Translations under genes and position numbers: made by a program
Shown: one piece after another, positions 1 to 8,575 of the stretch
Position numbering within the stretch: position 1 is the stretch's first letter
Layout: each line of letters starts with the position of its first letter
The notes under the pieces: generated by a model
Told to the model about the DNA's origin: nothing
The model's input: the letters and a program-made list of their open reading frames with translations, nothing else
Database searches by the model: none
Assembly (NCBI GenBank): GCA_009786195.1
Contig: WQTP01000043.1
Span: 24,503 to 88,502 of the forward strand
Length of the DNA stretch: 64,000 nt
Source: Candidatus Saccharimonadota bacterium
Lineage (GTDB): Bacteria > Patescibacteriota > Saccharimonadia > Saccharimonadales > Saccharimonadaceae
Direction of reading: 5' to 3'

Positions 1-240
1 CAAGCTGTCACGCGTGCATTGCAATATGCTTATCGCGATCGTCGCAATAAAAAGCGCGACTTGCGCAACCTATGGGTGACACGTATCAACGCCGCCGCCC
101 GCGAAAATGGTACGACCTATTCGAAATTGATGGCCGGTTTGAAAGCCAAAAATATCGCGCTTGATCGCAAGATTTTGGCCGACCTCGCTGTCCGCGAACC
201 CGAGGCCTTTACAGCAATTGCCAAAGTTGCGACGAAATAA
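1..240 (+). CDS. rplT: 50S ribosomal protein L20, 5' end cut by window edge
   Basis: Frame 1 is open from base 1. The translation ...[56 protein letters not shown] is a typical L20 C-terminal two-thirds. Confidence 0.9.
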   Translation, partial: QAVTRALQYAYRDRRNKKRDLRNLWVTRINAAARENGTTYSKLMAGLKAKNIALDRKILADLAVREPEAFTAIAKVATK

Positions 241-260
241 ATTTCCCGTGCTTTTATAGC

Positions 261-288
261 AAAAATAACCTCTTCTGAGGTTATTTTT
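261..288. terminator. Bidirectional rho-independent terminator between rplT (+) and rnpB (-)
   Basis: The stem ATAACCTC (265-272) / GAGGTTAT (277-284) has a TTCT loop. It is flanked by an A-run on the left and a T-run on the right, so it reads as hairpin plus U-tract on both strands. Confidence 0.75.
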
Positions 289-291
289 GTT

Positions 292-670
292 GCCAGATCA
301 CCGATAAGCCGGGTTCTGTCGTGAACGACCATCTATCTACTACGCCCATTGCTGGACACATCTAGCGGGTTAAAACGGTCAGCCGACGAGCCGCCGGTAC
401 TCCAACCTCCTTGCAGCCGACAGGGTTTACCTCCTCCGCACGTCACCGTGCGTCGCTGTGGGCTCTTACCCCACTCCTTTCACCCTTACCCCTCACCACT
501 TTTCGCAAAATCTCTCCTGTTGTAAAAAGTGGTGAGGGGCGGTATTGTTTCTGTGGCACTTTCCCTACGCTCGCGCGCGGTCGCCGTTAGCGACTGTCGT
601 TGCCCTATGCTGCCCGGACTTTCCTCTCGCGCAGCCGTAGCCACGCCAGTAGTCGTTTAGCGGTCTGGCT
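292..670 (-). ncRNA. rnpB: RNase P RNA, bacterial type A
   Basis: The reverse complement contains the universally conserved P4 strands GAGGAAAGTCCGGGC...AGCATAGGGCAAC and CACGACAGAACCCGGCTTATCGG. The latter is near-identical to the E. coli M1 RNA 3' region. P1 pairing is AGCCAGA (5') with TCTGGC (3'). Ends are approximate. Confidence 0.92.
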
Positions 671-675
671 ATAAT

Positions 676-684
676 ATTTTATCA
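676..684 (-). promoter_or_regulatory. Extended -10 promoter (TGATAAAAT) for rnpB
   Basis: TGnTAnAAT on the minus strand lies 6-7 nt upstream of the predicted 5' end of the RNase P P1 helix. Confidence 0.6.
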
Positions 685-687
685 TAT

Positions 688-1554
688 TTATTCATTTTCA
701 TCGAGTATTTTATTCACCAAACCATCTGCCATCCTATTGTACTCACGATGAATGTGACGAAAGTTGACGCGCTGAAATTGTGCTATCAGGCGAATAATAC
801 GATCGTGAATTGAACAAAACTCGCGATTTTTTACTGTAAATAAGCCATTCAGTTGATTAACCACCATTAAGCTATCACTGTAAAATTCCACGACTTTTAC
901 TCCCAACTCGATTGCTTTCTGCAAGGCTAATTCAACACCGATATATTCGGCCATGCCGCTATTGTTTTGACCAAGAAACTTTCCACCTTGTGCCACGATA
1001 CTGCCGTTTTTGTCCATGATGATAAACGCCGCTGCACTCGGTCCTGGATTACCTCGCGATCCACCATCGGAATAAATTGTAATTGTTGTATTTTTATCAT
1101 CGTTTTTTGAATTATCTAACGTTATCCCCGAATAGTCATTTTGTTTAGCATTCATACTTAACAGTGTTGCAGTAGAGTTTGTGATCATCATATGTTGTAT
1201 ATCTAACAACGATTTCCACACGTAGTGATCATATTCGTCATCCAGAGTAACACGCGACGCGTTTTCAGGCAGGCTAACTTCATAAATAATAAAAACGTAT
1301 TGTAATTCGCGATCATCAGGGTCAATGAAGCTAACTACATCACATAATCGAATAGATTCGGGAAAAATTCCAGCATGAATTTGCAGTGATCGTTTGAGCG
1401 CATCAATAGGTTGCTCACCGCGATGCAACGAACCGCCGGGTAATTCATACAAACCCGCGATCGAAGGTCGACCGCCATGCCGTCTAAGTAGCAAAATTCG
1501 TCGATGTCGCTCGACTATTGCTCGAATTACTACCTTCTGTCTCAAAATTTCCAC
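688..1554 (-). CDS. Fusion protein: N-terminal degenerate Nudix-fold domain plus C-terminal RNase HI domain
   Basis: The N-terminal Nudix-box-like GGSLHRGEQPIDALKRSLQIHAGI has RE replaced by RS and EE by IH. The C-terminal half carries the RNase H DEDD signature context: IYSDGGSRGNPG, AEYIGVELAL, FYSDSLMVV, REYNRMADGL. The start codon (GTG at 1554 or TTG three codons later) is uncertain. Confidence 0.75.
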   Translation of the reverse strand: MEILRQKVVIRAIVERHRRILLLRRHGGRPSIAGLYELPGGSLHRGEQPIDALKRSLQIHAGIFPESIRLCDVVSFIDPDDRELQYVFIIYEVSLPENASRVTLDDEYDHYVWKSLLDIQHMMITNSTATLLSMNAKQNDYSGITLDNSKNDDKNTTITIYSDGGSRGNPGPSAAAFIIMDKNGSIVAQGGKFLGQNNSGMAEYIGVELALQKAIELGVKVVEFYSDSLMVVNQLNGLFTVKNREFCSIHDRIIRLIAQFQRVNFRHIHREYNRMADGLVNKILDENE

Positions 1555-1715
1555 CCTTTCATAATATCAAGATGCCCCGGGACGCAGATAGAATTTCCTT
1601 GTACATACAAGGGGGTGTTCGCATGACACGACCACGGTCGCACCGCATATTGAACTCCCATTCTATAATTCGTTGGAAATCATATGCGTCCGTGGGACAT
1701 ATTTATTATAACAAA

Positions 1716-2393
1716 TTATGCACCGAAAATCATCACGAAGAATTTCAATATCGCATTAATAATCGCGCCCAGAACGTAACTCAGCGGTTGACTAAGGATC
1801 AAGACAACTGCGAAAACGACCAGTAGACCAGCGTTTTCAATCACCGCCATAGCACGTTGAACGCCGCTCGGCGCTACAGCGTACAACAAGCGCGAACCGT
1901 CCAGTGGTGGAATCGGTAAAATATTGAATGCAAAAAAGCCGAGGTTGACCATTATACCCGCTGTTAAAATCTGCGCCATAATACCACCCGCGTAATAAAG
2001 TTCTCCACCCTGCACTGCCAGAACACCGCTAAACCAGGCGATCATAAAACAGATAAAAGCTAACACTAGATTAGTTAGCGGCCCAACTATACCTATTAAA
2101 GCCGCACCCCATTCGCCACCTTTCACTCTGTCTGGTCGGAATGGCACAGGTTTAGCACCACCAAATACTGGCATACCATGGACAAAACCACCAGCAATTA
2201 CCATCATCACTGGTAGTAAAAGTGTCAGAAACGGATCGATGTGCTTGATCGGGTTTAGCGTTAAACGCCCTTGTTCTTGTGCCGTCGTATCACCCAGCCA
2301 ATATGCTGTTAGGCCGTGCATTAACTCGTGCAACACCATACTGAAAAAAACTACGGCAATCACAATCACAAGATAAACTATGTCAATATCCAT
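1716..2393 (-). CDS. Site-2 protease family (peptidase M50) zinc metalloprotease
   Basis: HELMHG (HExxH) lies in a TM helix and the second motif NILPIPPLDGSRLL is present. The protein is multi-pass hydrophobic. I place the start at ATG 2393 (MDIDIVYL...) because an extended -10 box, TGATAAAAT (2401-2409), sits 7 nt upstream. The ORF track extends to 2441. Confidence 0.8.
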   Translation of the reverse strand: MDIDIVYLVIVIAVVFFSMVLHELMHGLTAYWLGDTTAQEQGRLTLNPIKHIDPFLTLLLPVMMVIAGGFVHGMPVFGGAKPVPFRPDRVKGGEWGAALIGIVGPLTNLVLAFICFMIAWFSGVLAVQGGELYYAGGIMAQILTAGIMVNLGFFAFNILPIPPLDGSRLLYAVAPSGVQRAMAVIENAGLLVVFAVVLILSQPLSYVLGAIINAILKFFVMIFGA

Positions 2394-2498
2394 GCTAACT
2401 ATTTTATCATTTTCCTTGACACTACGCCACCTCTTGCACATCAGGGAAGTTTTTGTTATAATCCTTTATTAAGATTAATAGTTTAGGAGTTTTTGATT

Positions 2499-2738
2499 AT
2501 GGCAAGAGATGAAATCACTGGTAAACGCGCAATTAGTGGCAACAACGTTAGTTTTTCGATGCGCCACACCAAGCGCACGTTTAAACCGAATCTGCAAAAG
2601 AAAACTTTCGTCGTTAACGGCAAAAAAGTCCGCCTGACTGTCGCCAGTTCGACCATTCGCACACTGAAGAAAAAGGGGTTTTTGATGAATGGGACTGAGT
2701 TCAGCACTGAAGCTTCTACAAAGATCAAGAGTAAATGA
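2499..2738 (+). CDS. rpmB: 50S ribosomal protein L28
   Basis: MARDEITGKRAISGNNVSFSMRHTKRTFKPNLQKK... is canonical L28. AGGAG at 2485-2489 lies 9 nt before ATG 2499. Confidence 0.92.
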   Translation: MARDEITGKRAISGNNVSFSMRHTKRTFKPNLQKKTFVVNGKKVRLTVASSTIRTLKKKGFLMNGTEFSTEASTKIKSK

Positions 2739-2749
2739 ATTAGTTGATT

Positions 2750-3376
2750 TTACGATGTGCGGGTTAATTCATAGATAGTTAGAGCTTCTGGTAAAATCTT
2801 GGCCTTGAACGCGGTATTTTTTTCGTGTATGCTGGCGAGTTCTTTGACGAAGTTCTCGACTGATTCTTGTGTCACTTCGTACTTAATTTGCGTGTCGGCG
2901 TAATGTGTTGGAATAACAACTTTCGGCGAAATTTGACGTACGATTGTTGCTGCATCGCGCGCATCCAGTGTGTACCCACCGCCACCGACCGGTATGATAA
3001 CGACGTCTATCATGCCCAAATCTTCCAGACTTTCGTCATCTAGCGGCGCTGTTGTGTGACCAATTACGGCTATACGCACACCATCAATTTCAATACTATA
3101 CATCGTGGCATTCTTCGCTTGTTCATCCGCGCCAATGTGTGTTCGTACCGGTATGCCGCGTATTGACACGTCGTTACGCTCATATTCGCCAGGCATCTCA
3201 ATGATAAAGTTTTGTTCGTTGTGTTCGTTAGGTAAAAACTTTTTTTGGGTCATGAGAACCACAGCATCGGAATTTTTCATTTCCTTAACAGACACATTGT
3301 CGGTTGGATCAACTACAATTAAAACTTTCTTATTTTTTATAACGACACAGTTAGCGCCACGATATTCAACTTCCAT
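2750..3376 (-). CDS. MBL-fold (Lactamase_B_3-like) hydrolase-like protein
   Basis: Size and motifs (VIGHTTAP, VVIIPVGGGGYTLDARDAA, VVIPTHY) resemble UPF0173-type metallo-beta-lactamase-fold proteins. The HxHxDH motif is not evident. Confidence 0.45.
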   Translation of the reverse strand: MEVEYRGANCVVIKNKKVLIVVDPTDNVSVKEMKNSDAVVLMTQKKFLPNEHNEQNFIIEMPGEYERNDVSIRGIPVRTHIGADEQAKNATMYSIEIDGVRIAVIGHTTAPLDDESLEDLGMIDVVIIPVGGGGYTLDARDAATIVRQISPKVVIPTHYADTQIKYEVTQESVENFVKELASIHEKNTAFKAKILPEALTIYELTRTS

Positions 3377-4002
3377 TATTTTTCCTTTCTAGTTGTGTTA
3401 TTTACATCATTTTCATCTGGTAATATTTTGTTTTCGTCTATAACTATTGCATGTTTGGTGTTTAAAACATCATTAATAAATTGGTCGCGCACACTCAGAC
3501 GATAATAAAAATCATTGAATTCCAACGTTGTATACGCCAGGCTACCACCATTGTCACGTTCTAATGCTTTGACGATGTTCTTTAATTTAATCTGGCTAAT
3601 ATTATCGCCAGCAATTAGGATATCAACTTCGCTATCCGAACCATGAACCAATTTGCCGGTAAAAATAACTATTCTAACATCGCCGACGGACGCAAATTTT
3701 TTGGACCAAATAGTTGTCGAAACTTTAGTATCGCTGGCTACCGCCGCATCATTGGTGAATATAGCGCGCAACGGTTCATAAAATCTCTGCGCTACATCTA
3801 CCTCATAATAGAGTTTATTTTCGGACGAATCTGCACGAATTACGCCCACACTAACCAAGTTCGCCAGCTCACGTCGTACACTGTTAATTTGCTCACCGAT
3901 ATCGCGCGTAATTTCGCGCACGTAAAACGCTCGTCCCGGATTGTTCAGAAACAAGTTAAGAAGTTTGACCCTCGTTTTTGAACCAAATAATGCATCTATC
4001 AC
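3376..4002 (-). CDS. Winged-helix (ArsR/MarR-like) transcriptional regulator with C-terminal nucleotidyltransferase-like domain
   Basis: The N-terminus SKTRVKLLNLFLNNPGRAFYVREITRDIGEQINSVRRELANLVSVGVI is a typical wHTH. Its stop overlaps the start of the next gene. Confidence 0.5.
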   Translation of the reverse strand: MIDALFGSKTRVKLLNLFLNNPGRAFYVREITRDIGEQINSVRRELANLVSVGVIRADSSENKLYYEVDVAQRFYEPLRAIFTNDAAVASDTKVSTTIWSKKFASVGDVRIVIFTGKLVHGSDSEVDILIAGDNISQIKLKNIVKALERDNGGSLAYTTLEFNDFYYRLSVRDQFINDVLNTKHAIVIDENKILPDENDVNNTTRKEK

Positions 4003-4086
4003 TTCTTACCTCCTCTCCTCTGTTGACTATTTTATCACAATCCCGCTAATTTGAGCAAATTTTTTGTTCATTTAGAAACTTTTTAC

Positions 4087-4761
4087 CTATAGTATTTTTT
4101 CGATTTCTTTAATATTAGTTATGTTATGTGTCGCTAGGTTATTTTTAATTCTAATATTATCTGACTTAATCCAAATCGTATCAATACCAGCTTTCACGCC
4201 CAAGATAATATCTTTTTCGTAACCGTTTCCAATTAATACGCAATCCTCTGCCCTGAATTTTGATAGAATCGTAGTTAATGATTTCACATTTGGTTTTAGG
4301 TAATTTCCGTCCACGCAAATAACTTCGTCAAAAAACTTATCCAGACCAATTAATTTTAACTTACCAATTTGCACATATTTAAACCAATTCGTTAAAATAA
4401 TTAGTGTGTACTCTTTATTTTTTGAATAAGTCAGAATTTCACTTGCGCCATCAATTTCTCTCGCCGCCCCTATAGTTGCGTCAAAAAGAGCACGTATCAC
4501 CGTATCTATCGACAAATTATACTTTTTGACAAAAGGACATACCCCCCCCCGTAACAAATTTTTAGTCTCTCGCATAGTAACTACTTTACCACTAAAGTGT
4601 TTATCGAACGCTCTAAAGAAATTCATTATTTCACTAATCACTTCTGTCTTTTTCGACAAGTCCAACCCCAATAAATCCATGAAATCATCGTGACAGTCCA
4701 TCGTCTCGAAATCAAGGTCGACAAGAGTGTTGTCCAAGTCAAAAATTATAACTTTTTTCAT
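4087..4761 (-). CDS. HAD-superfamily hydrolase
   Basis: Motif I is IIFDLDNTLVD and a late GD/K motif region is present. The gene contains a G9 (plus-strand C9) tract at 4542-4550 encoding RGG, in frame. Confidence 0.7.
   Translation of the reverse strand: MKKVIIFDLDNTLVDLDFETMDCHDDFMDLLGLDLSKKTEVISEIMNFFRAFDKHFSGKVVTMRETKNLLRGGVCPFVKKYNLSIDTVIRALFDATIGAAREIDGASEILTYSKNKEYTLIILTNWFKYVQIGKLKLIGLDKFFDEVICVDGNYLKPNVKSLTTILSKFRAEDCVLIGNGYEKDIILGVKAGIDTIWIKSDNIRIKNNLATHNITNIKEIEKIL
4542..4550 (-). repeat. Homopolymer C9 (G9 on coding strand) inside HAD hydrolase gene
   Basis: Counted directly: a + 9 c at 4541-4550. Confidence 0.95.
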
Positions 4762-5649
4762 TTATGTGCTACTCCTCGTTGTTTTACCCGTTGTAATTAT
4801 TTCTGATAGGTAGTTTTCCGCATGAACCAACTCCAGCCATTTAATCTCTGGGTTGCGTCGAAACCAGGTCATTTGTTTTTTCACTAAGTGCCAATCATCA
4901 GTTTGAACAAGTATCATCGCCTCATCACACGAAATTTCGCCATTCAGCATGCGGTGTATAATCGGATAAATATTCGATTTCATGGATTCTAAATCAAAGG
5001 AATATTTTGTTGTTAGATTCTTCACCTCGTCGTACAACTCATCACAAAACATTTGTTCAGTGCGGATTTTGATACGCTCTTTTAATTCGTCTTGGTCTAT
5101 TGTGATCCCCACGACATGGGTGTCGGTGCGGATTTTTTGGCGATTATTTTTTACAACATTTTCCCGTTCAATAGCACGTATTAAGTAGCGTTTGTTCTTA
5201 TGGTTTTCCGGTAGTAGAATGTTGTTATTTTTACAATATTTTTGCAATTCTTCTATCGTCATTTTGTTCAATCTAACGCGCAAATCCGGGTTCGCGTCGT
5301 TATTGAATTCATAGTCAAAAATCACACTATCAATATATAGACCCGACCCACCCACCAGGAACGGGATTTTGCCGCGTGCTCTAATTTCTTCGATTTTAGC
5401 GTTAGCGTACTTTTGAAAATCCGCCACAGTAAAACGTTCATCTGGTTCGACTAAATCGATACCCCAGTGTTTGATTTTCTTTTGTTCGTTGGGGGTTGGT
5501 TTAGCTGTGCCAATATTCATACCTTTATAAATCGCGCGACTATCTGCCGAAATAATTTCACCGTTAAATTTTTTTGCTAATTTAATCGCCAAGTTTGTTT
5601 TGCCACTGGCTGTTGGGCCAACAATCACAATCAGAGGTCGGGAATCCAT
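4762..5649 (-). CDS. miaA: tRNA dimethylallyltransferase
   Basis: IVIVGPTASGKTNLAIKLAKKFNGEIISADSRAIYKGMNIGTAKP is the MiaA P-loop and substrate motif. Confidence 0.9.
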   Translation of the reverse strand: MDSRPLIVIVGPTASGKTNLAIKLAKKFNGEIISADSRAIYKGMNIGTAKPTPNEQKKIKHWGIDLVEPDERFTVADFQKYANAKIEEIRARGKIPFLVGGSGLYIDSVIFDYEFNNDANPDLRVRLNKMTIEELQKYCKNNNILLPENHKNKRYLIRAIERENVVKNNRQKIRTDTHVVGITIDQDELKERIKIRTEQMFCDELYDEVKNLTTKYSFDLESMKSNIYPIIHRMLNGEISCDEAMILVQTDDWHLVKKQMTWFRRNPEIKWLELVHAENYLSEIITTGKTTRSST

Positions 5650-5954
5650 CGTCGTTCCTCGAAATCCACTATTTTGAAATCCTTGATTGGTACGTTCTCG
5701 ATTTCTAAATCCTTCTTGTGACCCTCTTTGCCACCTGGGTAGCCGCTTGCCAGACCGCCAAACCGATTAACCACCCGCTGCCACGGCAAATCTGGGTCGC
5801 CGAAATGCGCCAGCCCGCCAACAATCCGCGCCGCGTATGCTTGCCCGCAAACAGCCGCGATATCACCGTAAGTCATTACACGACCGTACGGAATTTGCGC
5901 CACCACTGCATAAACTCGCTCGCGAAAATTCGGATCATTCATGTTAGACTCCAA
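5631..5954 (-). CDS. Alkyltransferase-like (ATL) protein: MGMT DNA-binding domain without the acceptor cysteine
   Basis: YGRVMTYGDIAAVCG...PWQRVVN is present. The canonical PCHRV active site reads PWQRV (Cys to Trp), which is the hallmark of ATL proteins. Confidence 0.75.
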   Translation of the reverse strand: MESNMNDPNFRERVYAVVAQIPYGRVMTYGDIAAVCGQAYAARIVGGLAHFGDPDLPWQRVVNRFGGLASGYPGGKEGHKKDLEIENVPIKDFKIVDFEERRWIPDL

Positions 5955-6543
5955 AGTAATCTGCTACCCCCCCCCAGTCAGCCACGCGCGTCACGCCAGG
6001 TGCGATTTCTACGTCACGATTCCAACCATAATCACCGAATAATATACTTTCAATGCCGCGTTCTGCCGCCGCGTTAGTGTGTTTGGGTTGGTCGTCAATA
6101 AAATACATCGCGCCAATTTCTTTGACAATATCACCCTTGTTCCGCTTGCCTGAATGTCGATCGGGGTTGTCGTAGTTGCCCGATAGGAAAATCTCTTCTA
6201 TCATTGGAAAATTTCGATTAATCCAAGTTGTTGTCGTATCTAGTATAAACAGCGGTCGCGAAGTCAGCACAACTATCTTGTAACGAGTGGTCAACTTGTC
6301 CAATGCGGATTGAGCACCACGCATTACGGACAGATTAGGATAAATTTCAGGATCGGCAAAAATCATTTGCGCTCTGCGTATCGTTTCGTCGACATCCACT
6401 CCCCACATTTTGGCCCACCAATCATCGTAATCGTCCAGTGTTAAATTACAGCCCAGATTTTTGTTACTATACTCAATAATTTTCGGCGCAAGGACCGTCA
6501 GCACGTCATCAATATCCACCGCGATAATCGGTTTGTTGCTCAT
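5944..6543 (-). CDS. HAD-like 5'(3')-deoxyribonucleotidase family protein
   Basis: The DxDxV motif IAVDIDDVLT is present, and size and architecture are NT5C-like. It has an ATGA-type overlap with thrS. A G9 tract at 5967-5975 is in frame (DWGGV). Confidence 0.5.
   Translation of the reverse strand: MSNKPIIAVDIDDVLTVLAPKIIEYSNKNLGCNLTLDDYDDWWAKMWGVDVDETIRRAQMIFADPEIYPNLSVMRGAQSALDKLTTRYKIVVLTSRPLFILDTTTTWINRNFPMIEEIFLSGNYDNPDRHSGKRNKGDIVKEIGAMYFIDDQPKHTNAAAERGIESILFGDYGWNRDVEIAPGVTRVADWGGVADYFGV
5967..5975 (-). repeat. Homopolymer C9 (G9 on coding strand)
   Basis: Counted directly: 4 c (5967-5970) + 5 c (5971-5975). Confidence 0.95.
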
Positions 6544-8327
6544 AATGATGATTTACTTACTCGGCTGCGGGCTTCGTTGGTAATAGACTTAATTATCTCT
6601 TCTGATGTGTAAACATGCTTAGCTGCGTTATTCGCTACCAAATCTGCACGAATGCGTAGTGGCAATTTCCCGCTTTCGACTTCTTTCTCGCCGATTACGA
6701 CCGAATATGGTACTTTCCAAGTTTCCGCCACACGGATTTTTTTACCAATTGAATTATTACTATCATCAATAGTCGTTCGTATGCCGTTTTCAAACGCTGC
6801 TTCGTTAAGTTTTGTTGCGAAATCTACAACGTTTTTGTTGTCATTAACAGTGATAATTCTCAATTGCTCCGGCGCACACCAAATTGGGAATTTGCCAGCG
6901 GTATGTTCGATATAAACAGATAGAAATCGTTCGATTGAACCCAACAAAGCGCAGTGGATCATCACCGGTCGCGCAATGTTTCCATTCTCGGTCGAATATT
7001 CCAATTCAAAGCGTTCAGGTTGAACAAAGTCGAGTTGCGCTGTAGCTAATTGATGCTCGCGACCAATAGCGTCGGTAGCCATAAAATCAATTTTCGGCCC
7101 GTAAAAAGCCGCTTCGCCTTCCTGTTCGTAGAAATCCAAACCCGCGGTCACTACTGCGTCCTTTAGTTGTTTTTGGGCACTTTCCCATAACTTCACGTCA
7201 CCAAGATAGGCGTCAGAATCATCGCGATATGACAAACGAACCCGCAATTTCATACCGACTGTTTTGTATAATTGATCAACCGCGTTCATTAGGATATTAA
7301 TTTCGGTCTCGATTTGATCCTGCCGACAGAAAATGTGACTATCGTCCTGCGTCAAAGCGCGCACGCGACTCAAACCGCCCAATTCACCTGATTTTTCATC
7401 GCGATAATCCGTTGTGGTTTCCAAATATCGTATCGGTAAATCGCGATACGACCGCGCTTGCGACGCGTAAATTCGCGTGTGGTGCGGACAGTTCATTGGT
7501 TTCATGGCGAACTTGTCGTCGGTTTCTTGTGATTCTACCAGAAAAAGTTCACCTCCAAATTTTGCCCAGTGACCAGATTTTTCGTACAGCGCTGTTTTAG
7601 TGATATGCGGCGTCCAGACTTTTTTAAAACCATAATGTTCGCGCAGTTCGTTAGAATAACGCGCCAACTCTTCGCGTAGTACCGTACCACGCGGCGTGAA
7701 CAGAGGTAGACCAGCCCCAACCATGTCGCTAATCACGAACAAATCCAACTCACGACCCAACTTGCGATGATCGCGTTCTTTTGCCTCTTCTTGTTGTTTC
7801 AGATATTTTTCCAACTCGACGCCCGTCGCGAACGCCACACCGTAGATTCGTTGCATCATGGTATTTTTTTCATCGCCACGCCAATATGCGCCAGCTACCT
7901 TGGTTAATTTAAAAGCATCCGCTGGAATCTCGCTCGTATTGGCTGCATGACCACCGCGACAGAGGTCAGTAAAATCGCCGTTGGTGTAAAACGTGATGGT
8001 CGCGCCCTCCCCCTTTAGGTCGTTTATTAGTTCCGTTTTGTATGGTTGCTCGGTTTCCTTTGCCCACCTCGCAGCTTCGTCCAACGATTTTTCCTCGCCA
8101 ATGAATTCTTGTTTTTCGGTTATAATTTTCTGCATTTCTTGTTCAATTTTCGGTAAATCATCCTCGGAAATTTTGATATCACCAAGATCGAAATCATAGT
8201 AAAAACCGTTTTCGATCACCGGACCGATACCCAATTTTACATTTTTCACCCCATAAATTCGCCGCACCGCCGCCGCTAGAACGTGCGCCAAACTGTGTCT
8301 GATGTTAGAAAGTTGTTCTTCGTTCAT
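6540..8327 (-). CDS. thrS: Threonine--tRNA ligase lacking the N-terminal TGS domain
   Basis: It starts at the editing-domain motif RHSLAHVLAAAV. Class II core motifs and a C-terminal anticodon-binding domain follow. The SD AAGGAGAG lies upstream. Confidence 0.92.
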   Translation of the reverse strand: MNEEQLSNIRHSLAHVLAAAVRRIYGVKNVKLGIGPVIENGFYYDFDLGDIKISEDDLPKIEQEMQKIITEKQEFIGEEKSLDEAARWAKETEQPYKTELINDLKGEGATITFYTNGDFTDLCRGGHAANTSEIPADAFKLTKVAGAYWRGDEKNTMMQRIYGVAFATGVELEKYLKQQEEAKERDHRKLGRELDLFVISDMVGAGLPLFTPRGTVLREELARYSNELREHYGFKKVWTPHITKTALYEKSGHWAKFGGELFLVESQETDDKFAMKPMNCPHHTRIYASQARSYRDLPIRYLETTTDYRDEKSGELGGLSRVRALTQDDSHIFCRQDQIETEINILMNAVDQLYKTVGMKLRVRLSYRDDSDAYLGDVKLWESAQKQLKDAVVTAGLDFYEQEGEAAFYGPKIDFMATDAIGREHQLATAQLDFVQPERFELEYSTENGNIARPVMIHCALLGSIERFLSVYIEHTAGKFPIWCAPEQLRIITVNDNKNVVDFATKLNEAAFENGIRTTIDDSNNSIGKKIRVAETWKVPYSVVIGEKEVESGKLPLRIRADLVANNAAKHVYTSEEIIKSITNEARSRVSKSSL

Positions 8328-8458
8328 ATTCTCTCCTTGCCTTGATAATTTGCTTGATTTTCTAATAAAGTAAAAGTATTTAACCCCGAGGGGTCGTCGT
8401 GTGTGTCAAGTGAAAAATCCGTCTCATGACATCTATTTTATCACTTTTTGAAAAAGTT

Positions 8459-8467
8459 TGGTATAAT
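8459..8467 (+). promoter_or_regulatory. Extended -10 promoter (TGGTATAAT) for tRNA-Val / ABC operon
   Basis: TGnTATAAT lies about 12 nt upstream of the tRNA 5' end. Confidence 0.6.
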
Positions 8468-8479
8468 ATTCTCGACTGG

Positions 8480-8556
8480 GGGTCGGTAGCTCAGTTGGCT
8501 AGAGCGCGTCCTTGACGTGGACGAGGTCCGGGGTTCAAGCCCCTGTCGACCCACCA
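8480..8556 (+). tRNA. tRNA-Val (anticodon GAC), CCA encoded
   Basis: Manual cloverleaf: GGGTCGG TA GCTC AGTTGGCTA GAGC G CGTCC TTGACGT GGACG AGGTC CGGGG TTCAAGC CCCTG TCGACCC A CCA. Confidence 0.9.
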
Positions 8557-8575
8557 AGTAGATTGGAGGGTTATC

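Noticed and set aside
1518-1826. 102-aa plus-strand ORF spanning the 1555-1715 spacer and the 3' end of the M50 protease gene
   Set aside because: It overlaps two supported minus-strand genes, has no SD and has no recognisable motif.
8328-8479. Possible T-box or tRNA-mimic leader upstream of thrS (likewise upstream of argS at 63103-63200)
   Set aside because: The leaders are too short: about 100 nt for thrS and essentially none for argS. They also lack the conserved T-box sequence and specifier architecture.
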